Shown: positions 1 to 9,643 of the stretch, piece after piece
Position numbering within the stretch: the first letter of the stretch is position 1
Layout of the letters: each line of letters starts with the position of its first letter
Assembly: GCA_038887515.1 (NCBI GenBank)
Contig: JAWAKK010000001.1
Coordinates: 512,001 to 576,000, forward strand
Direction: 5' to 3'
Source: Candidatus Nezhaarchaeales archaeon
GTDB lineage: Archaea > Thermoproteota > Methanomethylicia > Nezhaarchaeales > WYZ-LMO8
DNA length: 64,000 bases
Position numbers and translations under genes: made by a program
Notes under the pieces: generated by a model
Database searches by the model: none
Told to the model about the DNA's origin: nothing
What the model saw: the letters and a program-made list of their open reading frames with translations, nothing else

Positions 1-233
1 TTGTTTAAAAAATTATCGATACCGTAGTGCTTGTAATGGAATAAAAAGCCAACACTAAGGCTGTTCTTTATGTACTCCGCTACCTACTATATTTCTACAA
101 TTCAACGTCATGTCTTAAGCGCTTTCAATCCTTTAAAATTGAAGTTGAAATCGTAGGTTCAATGCGAATAAGCATATCATTGCGATTCTTGAGCTTCGAA
201 TATTAATTAAGGTATTACCATAGAGCTACACGC

Positions 234-584
234 GTGAAGGAAAACTATAACAGGTATCACTTAGGGCTTCTCAACGAATATCGTAAAGATATGGTTCCGG
301 TTTACTTAGATATAGCCCGTAGTATAAGAGGAGCAGTTGAAGAGCTGGTAAAAATTAAAGATTTAGTGACTAGCAAACGCAATAGTGGCAATATGCTTAT
401 AAAGATGGGAATAGCCTGCCTGGCTTTCCCGGAACCGATAGTATCAAACATTGTTGGAGGATCGTTAGTAGCCCTTGGATACTGCATTAAGAGGGCGAAG
501 AAGGGCTGTTACCTCGAAGGCGCTTTTGAAGCACTTAGAGAATTAAGACGTTTCCTAACAATCGATGTCCAGCAACTAGCTTAA
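234..584 (+). CDS. hypothetical protein with a hydrophobic hairpin
   Basis: 116-aa ORF with hydrophobic segment LIKMGIACLAFPEPIVSNIVGGSLVALG; no family recognised. Confidence 0.55.
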   Translation: MKENYNRYHLGLLNEYRKDMVPVYLDIARSIRGAVEELVKIKDLVTSKRNSGNMLIKMGIACLAFPEPIVSNIVGGSLVALGYCIKRAKKGCYLEGAFEALRELRRFLTIDVQQLA

Positions 585-684
585 GTACGCCACGAAAATG
601 TGAAAGAAGCAGTTATTAGTTGTTTATGGTGAAAACTTCTTGTACAAGTGAGCCTACCATTATAGTTTAGAGGGGCCCTACAAA

Positions 685-1665
685 ATGGCTGAGTCTTATG
701 AAGTATCGTCGAGAGAGATCGGAATATTGCGGGTTCTAAGTGAGTCGCCGGACCCCCTATCATCGCCTCTAATCAGACGAGAGCTTGAGAAGAGAGGGCT
801 TTTCCTAAGCGATAGGACTATAAGATATCATCTCAAGTCCCTTGAGCTAAAGGGACTAGTTATGAGGCACGAGAAGGGTGGGAAGGTTATAACTGAAAAG
901 GGCTTAGACGTTTTAAGCAGTGCTCTAGTGTCTCAAAGGGTAGGTTTCGTCGCGACGCGCTTCCTATCTATGGCTTACTCAGTTACATACGAACCGGATA
1001 GCAATACCGGAAAAGTAGTTGCAAACGTTTTAATTATGGACAAAAACTTTGGAGATAAAGCGCTGGAGATAATGAGAAGGCTCAAAGAGGCTGGCCTACT
1101 AACAGCCCCTTATGTAAGGATAGTGAATGAAGGTGAAGAATATCAAGGTATTTACGTTTCAAATGGGAGGATAGCGCTCTTAACGGTTTGTGACTTAACG
1201 ATCGACGGAATCCTGATACGCTCAGGTATCCCAGTATTCTTTAAGTATGGTGGACTAGTCCAGATCGTGAACAAAAGGCCTTTACGTTTCATAGAGCTTA
1301 TATCGTATGAAGGGACGACCATACCGCCACTTGAACTTCTAATACGTAGCGGATTAACGTCCGTTACCAAGGTATTGAAGACCGGAACTGGAGCTTTACC
1401 AGTGGCCTTGAGAGAGATAATAGCTGAGGCGAGGGACAAGACCCTCCAAGTGCTTTCGAAGCTAGCGGCTAAAGGGTGGAGTGGCATACTTTCAATATCG
1501 GCGCCTGACGAGCCAATTTTAGGTGTCCCAGTTTCGATGGGCAGATTCGGTTTATGCATGGTAGGGGGTTTAACTCTAGGAGCAGCTCTATTAGAAGAAG
1601 GGGTGAAGGTAGAAGTATTCAGTCCTCACTGCTTAACTCCACTAGAAAATATGAAAGAAGTATAA
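685..1665 (+). CDS. nrpR: NrpR-family nitrogen regulator (wHTH + single NRD/DUF128 domain)
   Basis: N-terminal wHTH (LSDRTIRYHLKSLE..GL), NRD motifs TVCDLTIDGILIRSGIP, RFIELISYEGTT, GGL; convergent with glutamate synthase gene. Confidence 0.85.
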   Translation: MAESYEVSSREIGILRVLSESPDPLSSPLIRRELEKRGLFLSDRTIRYHLKSLELKGLVMRHEKGGKVITEKGLDVLSSALVSQRVGFVATRFLSMAYSVTYEPDSNTGKVVANVLIMDKNFGDKALEIMRRLKEAGLLTAPYVRIVNEGEEYQGIYVSNGRIALLTVCDLTIDGILIRSGIPVFFKYGGLVQIVNKRPLRFIELISYEGTTIPPLELLIRSGLTSVTKVLKTGTGALPVALREIIAEARDKTLQVLSKLAAKGWSGILSISAPDEPILGVPVSMGRFGLCMVGGLTLGAALLEEGVKVEVFSPHCLTPLENMKEV

Positions 1666-1686
1666 AGAAGTATGAGGAGTTGCTAT

Positions 1687-3291
1687 TTAAGAAAGAAGGA
1701 ACTCAAGTATATAATCTTCTTCTTCTGGTAGAGGTATCCCCGTTACTTTAGCGGCTCTTTCGCTTAAAGCTATAAGGTCGCTCCTATCGATTAAGTTTAG
1801 CTTCCACTTCCTAGCTCCTGCCATCAACTGTTGTAAACCTACCTTTATCTTGTCTATGTAGGTGTAGAGACCTACAGCCCCCCAGGGTACCTCTTTAAGT
1901 TTCTCGCCAAGCCTAGCCTTGAGCTCTGGAAGCGTTATGAAGAACTTCTCAGGGCTATCGCCGAACAACTCTTGGAAGTGCCTCGGCAACTTACCATTCT
2001 CAGCAAGTTCTGCGAAGTATGAAGCCTTCATTATTGCTGTTAGCGGGGCCCTACCCATTAATATGGCCTTCACGTAAGGGACGCCTCCAAAGTTGCTCAT
2101 AGCTATGGCCTTGAACATCTGGGTCTCGTCGACGAAGCCACCAGCCATAACAATGTCGGGGATATACCTTCCCTTCTTCCTCAATGTCTCGGCGCACTTA
2201 AGGACTTGAGCTTCTAGGTATACCGTTGGCGTTCCCTGCTCGTTCATCATTGGCACAGGGCTCATTCCCGTACCACCTTCACATCCATCGAATACGATGT
2301 AATCCACCTTTGCTTCGGATGCAACCTTCATAGCAAAAGCTACTGCTTCAACGCTATAAGCACCAGTCTTTATGCCTATCTTCTTAGCTCCTTGCTCCCT
2401 CAATTTCATTATATCTTCTATAACATCTACTTCTCTGGGCATTCCGACCCTGCTATGCCTCTCAAACGTCTTGAAGATTCCCTGTCTAAATGCTTCCTTG
2501 ACGTTAGGGTCTTCGGGGTCGGGAATAACTATGTAGCCTCTCTTCTTCAGTTCAATAGCCCTTTCAAGGCTACTTATCCTGACCTCTCCCCCTATCGCTT
2601 TGGCTCCTTGACCCCACTTCCTCTCGATCACGTTCACTTCAAGCTTTGAAATAGCGTAGACGTCAACTCCAAGCCGCTGATCCTCAACGTTCGTCTGCAC
2701 AGCTACATCTCCGTATCTGCCATCCCAGAACTTCCTGAAAGCATCAACCCTCCTTTTAAGTTCAGGTGAGCTGACTACCTTGCCGCCCTCAAACATAGCT
2801 TGAGGATCCATTCCACAAATGTTTTCACCTATTATAACCATAATCCCCGAAAGAGCACCACCTATTGCTATGCTGTCCCAATGAACTCTAGCTACTTCAG
2901 TTGAACCATAAGCACCTATTACTAGCGGTACCTTGAGTGGAATACCGCCTACACTCGACTCAACGTCAACGTTAGGGAAAATGGCTACATCTGGGTCAGG
3001 CTCTATACCTTTAGCACCCAAGAGCCTGGCTTTTATGTTGAAATGAGACCAATCCAAGCCGTAATCTTTTACTGAAGATGCTGTACTCTTACCGAACATG
3101 TTTGGATCGGGGTAAAGCGCTTCGCGGCCCCTAAAAGCTGAGAGAGATACTTGGCATATGAATGGACATTCCCTAATGCATATAGGACATAAACCACTTG
3201 TTGGGCTCACGTCCTCAACTCTAGTAGCAGTATCTGTTGTAGACATCGAATTGAGGTAAGCGGAGTTCCTAAGAGGTGGCCGGCGAGGCAA
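1687..3291 (-). CDS. gltB: FMN-binding glutamate synthase family protein (stand-alone archaeal type)
   Basis: ERKWGQGAKAIGGE, DGCEGGTGMSP, AGG and MGRA motifs; N-terminal Cys cluster CPICIRECPFIC; SD GGTGGTGA upstream. Confidence 0.85.
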   Translation of the reverse strand: MPRRPPLRNSAYLNSMSTTDTATRVEDVSPTSGLCPICIRECPFICQVSLSAFRGREALYPDPNMFGKSTASSVKDYGLDWSHFNIKARLLGAKGIEPDPDVAIFPNVDVESSVGGIPLKVPLVIGAYGSTEVARVHWDSIAIGGALSGIMVIIGENICGMDPQAMFEGGKVVSSPELKRRVDAFRKFWDGRYGDVAVQTNVEDQRLGVDVYAISKLEVNVIERKWGQGAKAIGGEVRISSLERAIELKKRGYIVIPDPEDPNVKEAFRQGIFKTFERHSRVGMPREVDVIEDIMKLREQGAKKIGIKTGAYSVEAVAFAMKVASEAKVDYIVFDGCEGGTGMSPVPMMNEQGTPTVYLEAQVLKCAETLRKKGRYIPDIVMAGGFVDETQMFKAIAMSNFGGVPYVKAILMGRAPLTAIMKASYFAELAENGKLPRHFQELFGDSPEKFFITLPELKARLGEKLKEVPWGAVGLYTYIDKIKVGLQQLMAGARKWKLNLIDRSDLIALSERAAKVTGIPLPEEEDYILEFLLS

Positions 3292-3305
3292 ACATTCACC
3301 ACCTG

Positions 3306-3318
3306 GCTAACGGTTAGC
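3306..3318. promoter_or_regulatory. perfect inverted repeat GCTAAC-G-GTTAGC between TATA-like box and start of gltB; candidate operator
   Basis: 6-bp inverted repeat seen directly; minus-strand TTTATATT at about 3328-3335. Confidence 0.35.
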
Positions 3319-3366
3319 ATTTGCCAAAATATAAATTTTTCGATTTTCTATCCTTAAATTAGGAGG

Positions 3367-4218
3367 CTAATGTGTAGCCTCATCTTTGCTTTCTTTCACT
3401 TCTTTATCTGATGGTTCAACGTGTATTGATACGTCTATTCCATCCTTTCTAAGCTCTTTCTCTACGACGTCAATTACGTTATGGGCTTCTTCAAGTGGCT
3501 TGCTAGAGGACAACCTTACGACCATATCTCCTTGATATACGTTTTCGAGAACCTTCCTGACCCTAAGTCTATGGACTTCTAAACCGTACTTATCTGCGTT
3601 TTCAAGGATCTTATCTATGACTCCTTTTGGGGCTACGTCGCTTATCGCTACTACAATCTCTTTAAAGCTATTTGCAAGCTCGATGAATAAGTAAAGGCTT
3701 AAAGCTATCGCCCCCACGTAATCTATGATGTAGCTTATTGCTACCCCACCTATGGATGAAGCTATGGATGTCGAGCTTTCTATAAGTTCTATAGTTGTAA
3801 AGCGAGCGTAGCTGATTGTAAGAGAGCGCGACCTAGCCACATATACTGCCAGTCCATAAGGAATTGTGGCGAGCACGGCAAAGATGGGAGCTTCGTAGCC
3901 GACCTTGTAGTCCCTTCCAAATGAAGCTATTAAGTCTAGGACTATTACGCCAGCAACAAATGAGTACATCATGAGCATTGATATTGGTCCTCCAAAAGTT
4001 AACCTATGATGGCCGTAGTGGTGGTCACTATCAGGAGGCTCCATACTGGCTTTAAAGAACTTCAAAACTAATATTATAGCCAAACTGTTGGCTATCGAAG
4101 TCAAGGCATCGACAAAAACCGACTTAGATCCGCCCACTATTCCTCCGCATATTTTCAACGCTCCTCCAATGAGGCTAAGGGTTACCAATATTGCTAAAGA
4201 CCTTTTAACGTTGTCCAC
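3367..4218 (-). CDS. cation diffusion facilitator (CDF) family transporter
   Basis: multiple TM helices, PPDSDHHYGH motif, C-terminal dimerisation domain (EEAHNV..IHVEP). Confidence 0.85.
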   Translation of the reverse strand: MDNVKRSLAILVTLSLIGGALKICGGIVGGSKSVFVDALTSIANSLAIILVLKFFKASMEPPDSDHHYGHHRLTFGGPISMLMMYSFVAGVIVLDLIASFGRDYKVGYEAPIFAVLATIPYGLAVYVARSRSLTISYARFTTIELIESSTSIASSIGGVAISYIIDYVGAIALSLYLFIELANSFKEIVVAISDVAPKGVIDKILENADKYGLEVHRLRVRKVLENVYQGDMVVRLSSSKPLEEAHNVIDVVEKELRKDGIDVSIHVEPSDKEVKESKDEATH

Positions 4219-4461
4219 GTTTCTCTATTGAGGAGTCAGGGCAGCGAGATTTAAGTTTATAATAAGATTTCTATAACCTAATTTCGTGGTAAATTAAAGC
4301 CTTCAAAATATGGGAGACAGAATTTTCTAGAGGGTAAATGACAGAGGGTATTGCTTATTTACCGGCTTCGCAGAAACATTTTCCATCGTAGGTTCATCAT
4401 GAATTCGAAGTAACTATTTTTTATTCCAGTCTCCTTAATATTTACTAAGGTTAGTGAATTA

Positions 4462-5907
4462 GTGAGGTATATGAACAGCGAAAATAGTGAGAGAAGTCCA
4501 AGTGGGATACTAGGCTTAGACGAAATTATTGGAGGAGGCTTTCCTAGAGGTAGCTTAATAATGCTTGTGGGAGAACCGGGAACCGGGAAAACAACATTTT
4601 CTGCACAATTCTTATATCGTGGGGCGGTAGACTGCGGCGAAAAAGGTATCTACGTAAGCTTCGCTGAAGATAAAAAAAGCTTTCTTAAGAACATGTTATA
4701 CTTAGGCTTTAACTTTGAGGAACTAGAGAAGAGAGGCCTGTTTATTTTTAGGGAGTACTTAACTGTGAGGGAAACAGGGCTACCTGAAACCATAGACTCT
4801 ATACTCAGAGACGTGAGTACGTTTGAAGCCCGTAGGCTGGTGATAGATTCCTTTACTGCCTTAGCTCAAGCTTTTATGGAGCCCCACGAAGTCAGAGTAC
4901 TTCTTCACTCTCTATTGAGTAAGTTCATCAAGTTCCGAGGATGTACTTCAATAATAATAATCGAGAAGCCTTATGGAAAGAAAATGTTGGGTCTGGGGAT
5001 AGAGGAGTTCGTAGCAGACTGCATATTCCTTCTTAAAATATCCCGGTACTGCGGAAGAGGCGCTCGTGAACTAAAAATACTTAAAACAAAAGGTTCTCCA
5101 ACGTTCGAACGACACCTGTTCTTTACGCTTAAAGATGGCTTCAGAGTCTTACAGCCCTTTAAATTTAAGCACGTAGAGAAGCCGTGTAGGTTTAAACCGA
5201 GACCCGATACGGAGTTATGCTTCTCAACAGGATCGCGGGACCTCGACGAAATGCTTGGCGGAGGATACCCCAGAGGTTCTATAGTACTTGTAGATGTGGA
5301 TCCACGCGTAACAGCAGAATACCATTTGATAGTCACCCCAATCATATGGAACTTCATAGCTCAAGGAAGGGGTGTAATCATTACTCCCTCGCCCGGAGTA
5401 GACCATAACCTAGTAAGGAGGAGGATTGAAGGAGGAGGATTCACCAGAGATGAGATAAACAGGTTGCTTAGAGTATGTATTAAGAGATATCCCGAGTTCG
5501 AGCTAGAACAGTACATATACCTTCTCGAAGGTGAAGACCCTGAAAGAGACCTTTCAAATTGCTTCATGCTTGAAAGAGAATTAGCAAAGTTGACAGGTCA
5601 ACCAGTGTTGCGTTTAATCGGCGTCGACACACTTATGGACATATATGACCCTGAGAAAATACCATCAATATTTAGAGCCTTAGCCACATGGACAAAAAGT
5701 ACTAGTAGCTTGGGCATCGCAATACTAAAGCCGGGGACTCCAAGGTTACGGAAATTTGTCAGTGCAATAGCGGATTTACACTTGAAGGTGACAAGGAGAC
5801 ATGGAACGGTGCTGGTTTACGGTATAAAGCCTAGGACGAAGCTCCACGCCCTCGAAATGGATGTATCTGAAGGGTGTCCTATGCCAAGGCTGACCCCGAT
5901 AATATAA
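4462..5907 (+). CDS. KaiC/RAD55-superfamily double-domain ATPase (active N-domain, degenerate GvpD-like C-domain)
   Basis: GEPGTGKT Walker A, RLVIDS Walker B, EEFVAD; second repeat STGSRDLDEMLGGGYPRGS lacks Walker A. Confidence 0.85.
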   Translation: MRYMNSENSERSPSGILGLDEIIGGGFPRGSLIMLVGEPGTGKTTFSAQFLYRGAVDCGEKGIYVSFAEDKKSFLKNMLYLGFNFEELEKRGLFIFREYLTVRETGLPETIDSILRDVSTFEARRLVIDSFTALAQAFMEPHEVRVLLHSLLSKFIKFRGCTSIIIIEKPYGKKMLGLGIEEFVADCIFLLKISRYCGRGARELKILKTKGSPTFERHLFFTLKDGFRVLQPFKFKHVEKPCRFKPRPDTELCFSTGSRDLDEMLGGGYPRGSIVLVDVDPRVTAEYHLIVTPIIWNFIAQGRGVIITPSPGVDHNLVRRRIEGGGFTRDEINRLLRVCIKRYPEFELEQYIYLLEGEDPERDLSNCFMLERELAKLTGQPVLRLIGVDTLMDIYDPEKIPSIFRALATWTKSTSSLGIAILKPGTPRLRKFVSAIADLHLKVTRRHGTVLVYGIKPRTKLHALEMDVSEGCPMPRLTPII

Positions 5908-5945
5908 ACGGAGTGAAGCTTAAGAGTCGGGAAGCTTGAAGCACA

Positions 5946-6395
5946 CTAACACGTAGTGTAATCCCTTTTAACTCCAATCCAGTAGGACCCCTTATCCGTG
6001 TGCTCCTTCTTCCATATAGGAGCTTCGGCCTTTAATCTCTCTATGGCCTCTCGCAGAGCCTTGAAACCCTCTTCCCTATGCTCAGATGCTACGACTATAT
6101 AGACTGAGTCCTCTCCAACGGATAACGACCCTATGAAGTGGTGTATCTTAACGTCCACCACTCCTGGTATCTTCTTTAAGTCTTCAGCTATCTCCTCTAA
6201 CTTTGAGTTAACGGCTTCTACGTACGCTTCGTATTCGAGCTTAGAAACCTTGGATCCGTCTTCGGCAATCCCTCTGACAACACCGGTAAACGTCAGGATA
6301 CACCCTATCCTATAAGCTTGAGGGCCCTTCTTGACTTCATCTATGAGCTCTTGAAGAGACAAAGAGCCTTTGGGGTGAACCCCCACACTACGCAA
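5946..6395 (-). CDS. moaE: molybdopterin synthase catalytic subunit MoaE
   Basis: FTGVVR, LEYEAY, HREEGF, LKAEAPIWKKE motifs. Confidence 0.93.
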   Translation of the reverse strand: MRSVGVHPKGSLSLQELIDEVKKGPQAYRIGCILTFTGVVRGIAEDGSKVSKLEYEAYVEAVNSKLEEIAEDLKKIPGVVDVKIHHFIGSLSVGEDSVYIVVASEHREEGFKALREAIERLKAEAPIWKKEHTDKGSYWIGVKRDYTTC

Positions 6396-6406
6396 GAAAG
6401 GGCCCC

Positions 6407-6745
6407 CTACGCAAGGTTTATTGTTATTTTAGAGGAAGATATCGTCACCTCAACCTCATCCCCTACATCTGGCTTTGGCTCTAGCTTCTCCCACTCCTCT
6501 TCAGATAACCATACGATCATTCTGGGAACCGTCACTTTACCTCCTCTAGCGAATGGTAGTGATTGAAGTATCTGATTGACTATTGGCATTACGTCCTTCA
6601 CTAAGTCTGAAGAATCTCCCCTCGACATAACGACGGGGGGCGGGGTTTCTTTCTCTTCTGCGAGTTCGATCTTTATCCCCCTACCTCCGAGGGGGTCGTT
6701 ATACATGGACTTGCTCAATACTATAGCCTTAAATTTTATCTCCAT
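6407..6745 (-). CDS. rkd-1: arcadin-1 homolog
   Basis: End-to-end resemblance to Pyrobaculum arcadin-1 as recalled: SK..YNDP.G...KI...EEKE.P, VMPIVNQILQSLPF..GKVTVPR..WLSEEE, DVGDEVEV. Confidence 0.8.
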   Translation of the reverse strand: MEIKFKAIVLSKSMYNDPLGGRGIKIELAEEKETPPPVVMSRGDSSDLVKDVMPIVNQILQSLPFARGGKVTVPRMIVWLSEEEWEKLEPKPDVGDEVEVTISSSKITINLA

Positions 6746-6803
6746 TTGTTACACCAAGTCAAATTCGGTTGCTAGGGATATTAACCTTGTGTGGTGTTAA
6801 TGC

Positions 6804-7790
6804 TTGAACATGAAGGTTGAAGAAAAGGCTCTTGAAGTCATGATTAAAGGACAGCTTGCAGCGCTACTTGAAGTATCTGCGTATCCCAAGCCTGGCAATG
6901 TCCATCGGCTTAGGGACAGATGGGGTAAAAAGTTTGAACACTTTGTTGCGGGTTCTGTGGCGATGGGACCCGCCATAAAGGAAGCTTTCGTAAAAGGCTA
7001 TAAGGCATGGCTCCGAGGAGACTTGAGCTCTATAAGGCTTGGGAAGCTAATTGAGAAGGCAATTAAGCTTCAGCTACATGCTCATAGTGTTGGAAATACT
7101 CATCTAGGAATAATCATGTTGTTCGTCCCCATAGCCTCTTCAACTCCTATCTGGATGGTAGAAGGCAATGAAGTACGAGAACTAGGAGAGCTAACGCTAA
7201 GAGTCCTTATGTCTACGACTCCAGCGGATACTAATGCTCTGCTGAGGGGTATTAGACTTTTAAGGCCCAGCGGTCTAGGCAGGCCGCCTAAGGGGTTGCC
7301 AGATGCTTTAAAAAAGCAGAAAAGCGACTTAACTCTATATGAAGTCCTAAAAGCTTCATCAAAGTGGGACGGCGTAGCCGAAGAACTTGTAAGTGGCTTA
7401 AGAAGTTGCCTAGAGATCGGATTGCCATTTCTAATTAAGACTTTCGAAGAGACTAAGAGTTTAAATGTTGCGATAGTTCACTGCTTCCTAAAGCTCCTAT
7501 CCCATAAGCCCGATACGCTCATAGCTAGAAACGTAGGGCTGGTTAAGGCTCCTCACGCTTCCATAGATAAAGCAATCAAGCTGGGAATGGAAGAAGCTAA
7601 GAGGGTCTCGAAGAGGGCTAAGGAGGCACTTGAAGCTGGAGGACTTACAACGAACGAAGGGAGAAAGCTCGTAGAAGAGTTAGATAAGGAGCTTGAATTT
7701 AAGGGGCCTACTCACAATCCTGGTACATCAGCTGACTTAACGGCTACAACAATATTCCTAGCTTTGCTGTCGGGGGCTAAGCTCCTATGA
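6804..7790 (+). CDS. citG: CitG-like triphosphoribosyl-dephospho-CoA synthase family protein (archaeal type)
   Basis: LLEVSAYPKPGNVHR, NTHLGI, PDTLIAR, NPGTSADL motifs. Confidence 0.88.
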   Translation: MNMKVEEKALEVMIKGQLAALLEVSAYPKPGNVHRLRDRWGKKFEHFVAGSVAMGPAIKEAFVKGYKAWLRGDLSSIRLGKLIEKAIKLQLHAHSVGNTHLGIIMLFVPIASSTPIWMVEGNEVRELGELTLRVLMSTTPADTNALLRGIRLLRPSGLGRPPKGLPDALKKQKSDLTLYEVLKASSKWDGVAEELVSGLRSCLEIGLPFLIKTFEETKSLNVAIVHCFLKLLSHKPDTLIARNVGLVKAPHASIDKAIKLGMEEAKRVSKRAKEALEAGGLTTNEGRKLVEELDKELEFKGPTHNPGTSADLTATTIFLALLSGAKLL

Positions 7791-7799
7791 ATCTTAAGG

Positions 7800-8648
7800 C
7801 TACTCCGCTAGTATCTTTACTATTAATGGAAATATGTATTCTGCTACATCCCTTCTAGAGCCACCGCCAGTAATCACTATGTACCTGCCTTGGCAGGCTT
7901 CTTCGGCTATTGATTTTACTAGCTTAGCTAGCTCTAAGTAGAAGTTTGGAGTTAGCCCTCGGCTTCCGTAATCTCCTTCGCAAGTGTCATGACCGAAGAA
8001 GTGTATTATGGCATAAGGTTTAAACTCTATCGCTCGAGACCTAAAATGCTTTTCAACTAAACCTAAATACTCTTCGTCGCTAACGCTGGACCCTACTTCT
8101 ACGTCTATTTTTGTTCCATGGTTCTCTACAGTGTTTTTATTGCAGAAGCACACGTGAAGGACGTCTAGATCGCCTCTGAACATGGCTCTATCTCCATCAC
8201 CATGATGGCTGTCAGTATCGAGTATGGCGAACCTCCGAACGCCGAACTTCTCTCTAGCGTTAGCTATCATTGGACCAGTACAAGAAACGTAGGTTCCGCC
8301 CCAAGCATAGGAAGGTCCGGCATGATGCCCTGCAGCCACGTTAAACACGAGCGCGTTAACTATTTCTCCACGACAGATCCTTTCTAATGCTTCGACACAG
8401 CCACCAACAGAGTACAGGGCTCCTTCAGAGTACCACGCGGATAGCAAATCCATAACTACTCTCGGTGTATGAACCTTGTAAAGCAGCTTTTCATCGACCG
8501 GCTTAGGATCGTAAAGTTCAACGTTAGGGTTATTCAAGACCTCAACCATCACTTCGGGGAAATTCTTGAATTTATCACCTATAACTGGCCACTCCTTACC
8601 CTTTAGGGCCGAGCTAAAGAAAACACCAGTCCTAGGCATATGGCTCAT
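7800..8648 (-). CDS. histone deacetylase/acetoin utilization family protein
   Basis: GHHAG, DTDSHHGDG, GHD..EGD metal-binding motifs. Confidence 0.88.
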   Translation of the reverse strand: MSHMPRTGVFFSSALKGKEWPVIGDKFKNFPEVMVEVLNNPNVELYDPKPVDEKLLYKVHTPRVVMDLLSAWYSEGALYSVGGCVEALERICRGEIVNALVFNVAAGHHAGPSYAWGGTYVSCTGPMIANAREKFGVRRFAILDTDSHHGDGDRAMFRGDLDVLHVCFCNKNTVENHGTKIDVEVGSSVSDEEYLGLVEKHFRSRAIEFKPYAIIHFFGHDTCEGDYGSRGLTPNFYLELAKLVKSIAEEACQGRYIVITGGGSRRDVAEYIFPLIVKILAE

Positions 8649-8710
8649 CCCACTAGGTAAAGCAATGAGCTATCAAGAACCTATTTATACCGTCTTGGGT
8701 GCTAATTAGG

Positions 8711-9556
8711 TTATACCCGATTATATACCTTCTTTAATAGGAGAGCGTCGCCCTCTATATTTGGAGATTCGCTTATTATTACCCCTTCGACGGAATAGTC
8801 TTTAAGCGCCTTAACGAGCTCCACGTACTTGAAATCCGAGACTTCGAGGTCTAAGTGCTTTATCTCCCCTTTATCTCCATACTCTATACCTGAAAAGTGC
8901 ATGTGCATACTCTTTAAGGACTCTCTACCAAGTTCCTTCTCTAAGTAATTGAGTATTTCAATAAATTCTGCATAGCTATTGTACCTTCCCTTACCTCTTG
9001 CATGTATATGAGCGAAGTCTATGCATGGTAAGACGTTCTCGATTTCTTGGCTTAGTTTAACTACTTCTTCTAAACTTCCAAATTCTGCTAGGCCTCCAGA
9101 AGTTTCAGGTCGAATCCATACGTTTACTCCTTCATCAATTAAAGTACTAACTATTACCTTAAGTGCTTCCCTGACCTTGCTATAAACTATATCTGACGAA
9201 TCCTTACCATAGTACGCTGGGTGGAAGACTATGGACCACCCGCCCGCTTTATGTGTAACTCTTGCAGTCTCTAGTATCCTATCTATGCTCGCCTTAACCT
9301 TGGAGTGATCTGGAGAATTCAAGTTTATATAGTATGGGGCGTGAGCGGTTAGGACCACTTTAGCTGCTTCGCTTATGCTTCTAACTTTATAAGCGAGTTC
9401 GTCGCTCATCTTAACTCCTCTTACGAATTCAAGCTCCATTGCGTCGAGCTCGAGCTCCTTAACCCTCAAGATCCCGTTAATGCTCGTAGCAGGCTTGGGA
9501 GTACTTAAGGGTATGCCGGCAGTTCCGAAGAGTAGCCCATTAATTATCTTTCTCAA
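8711..9556 (-). CDS. nfo: endonuclease IV / AP endonuclease family 2 (TIM barrel)
   Basis: FGTAGIP, HAPYYINLNS, FHPAY, PCIDFAH, HFSGIEYG..GE..H, ISESP; start placed at TTG 9556 (ORF track extends to 9580 through a G12 run). Confidence 0.88.
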   Translation of the reverse strand: MRKIINGLLFGTAGIPLSTPKPATSINGILRVKELELDAMELEFVRGVKMSDELAYKVRSISEAAKVVLTAHAPYYINLNSPDHSKVKASIDRILETARVTHKAGGWSIVFHPAYYGKDSSDIVYSKVREALKVIVSTLIDEGVNVWIRPETSGGLAEFGSLEEVVKLSQEIENVLPCIDFAHIHARGKGRYNSYAEFIEILNYLEKELGRESLKSMHMHFSGIEYGDKGEIKHLDLEVSDFKYVELVKALKDYSVEGVIISESPNIEGDALLLKKVYNRV

Positions 9557-9566
9557 AATTTTATGG

Positions 9567-9578
9567 CCCCCCCCCCCC
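9567..9578. repeat. C12 homopolymer (G12 on coding strand) just upstream of endonuclease IV start
   Basis: 12 consecutive C counted directly. Confidence 0.9.
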
Positions 9579-9643
9579 ACTAAATGTCTTATGTAGGTAG
9601 AGACTTTAATTCTTGTCTTGGCATATTAAAGCACGCTGGCTTC

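Noticed and set aside
4462-5907. Circadian clock KaiC or gas-vesicle locus
   Set aside because: The second domain lacks Walker A, and there are no kaiA/kaiB or gvpA genes; this is a generic archaeal KaiC-like family member.
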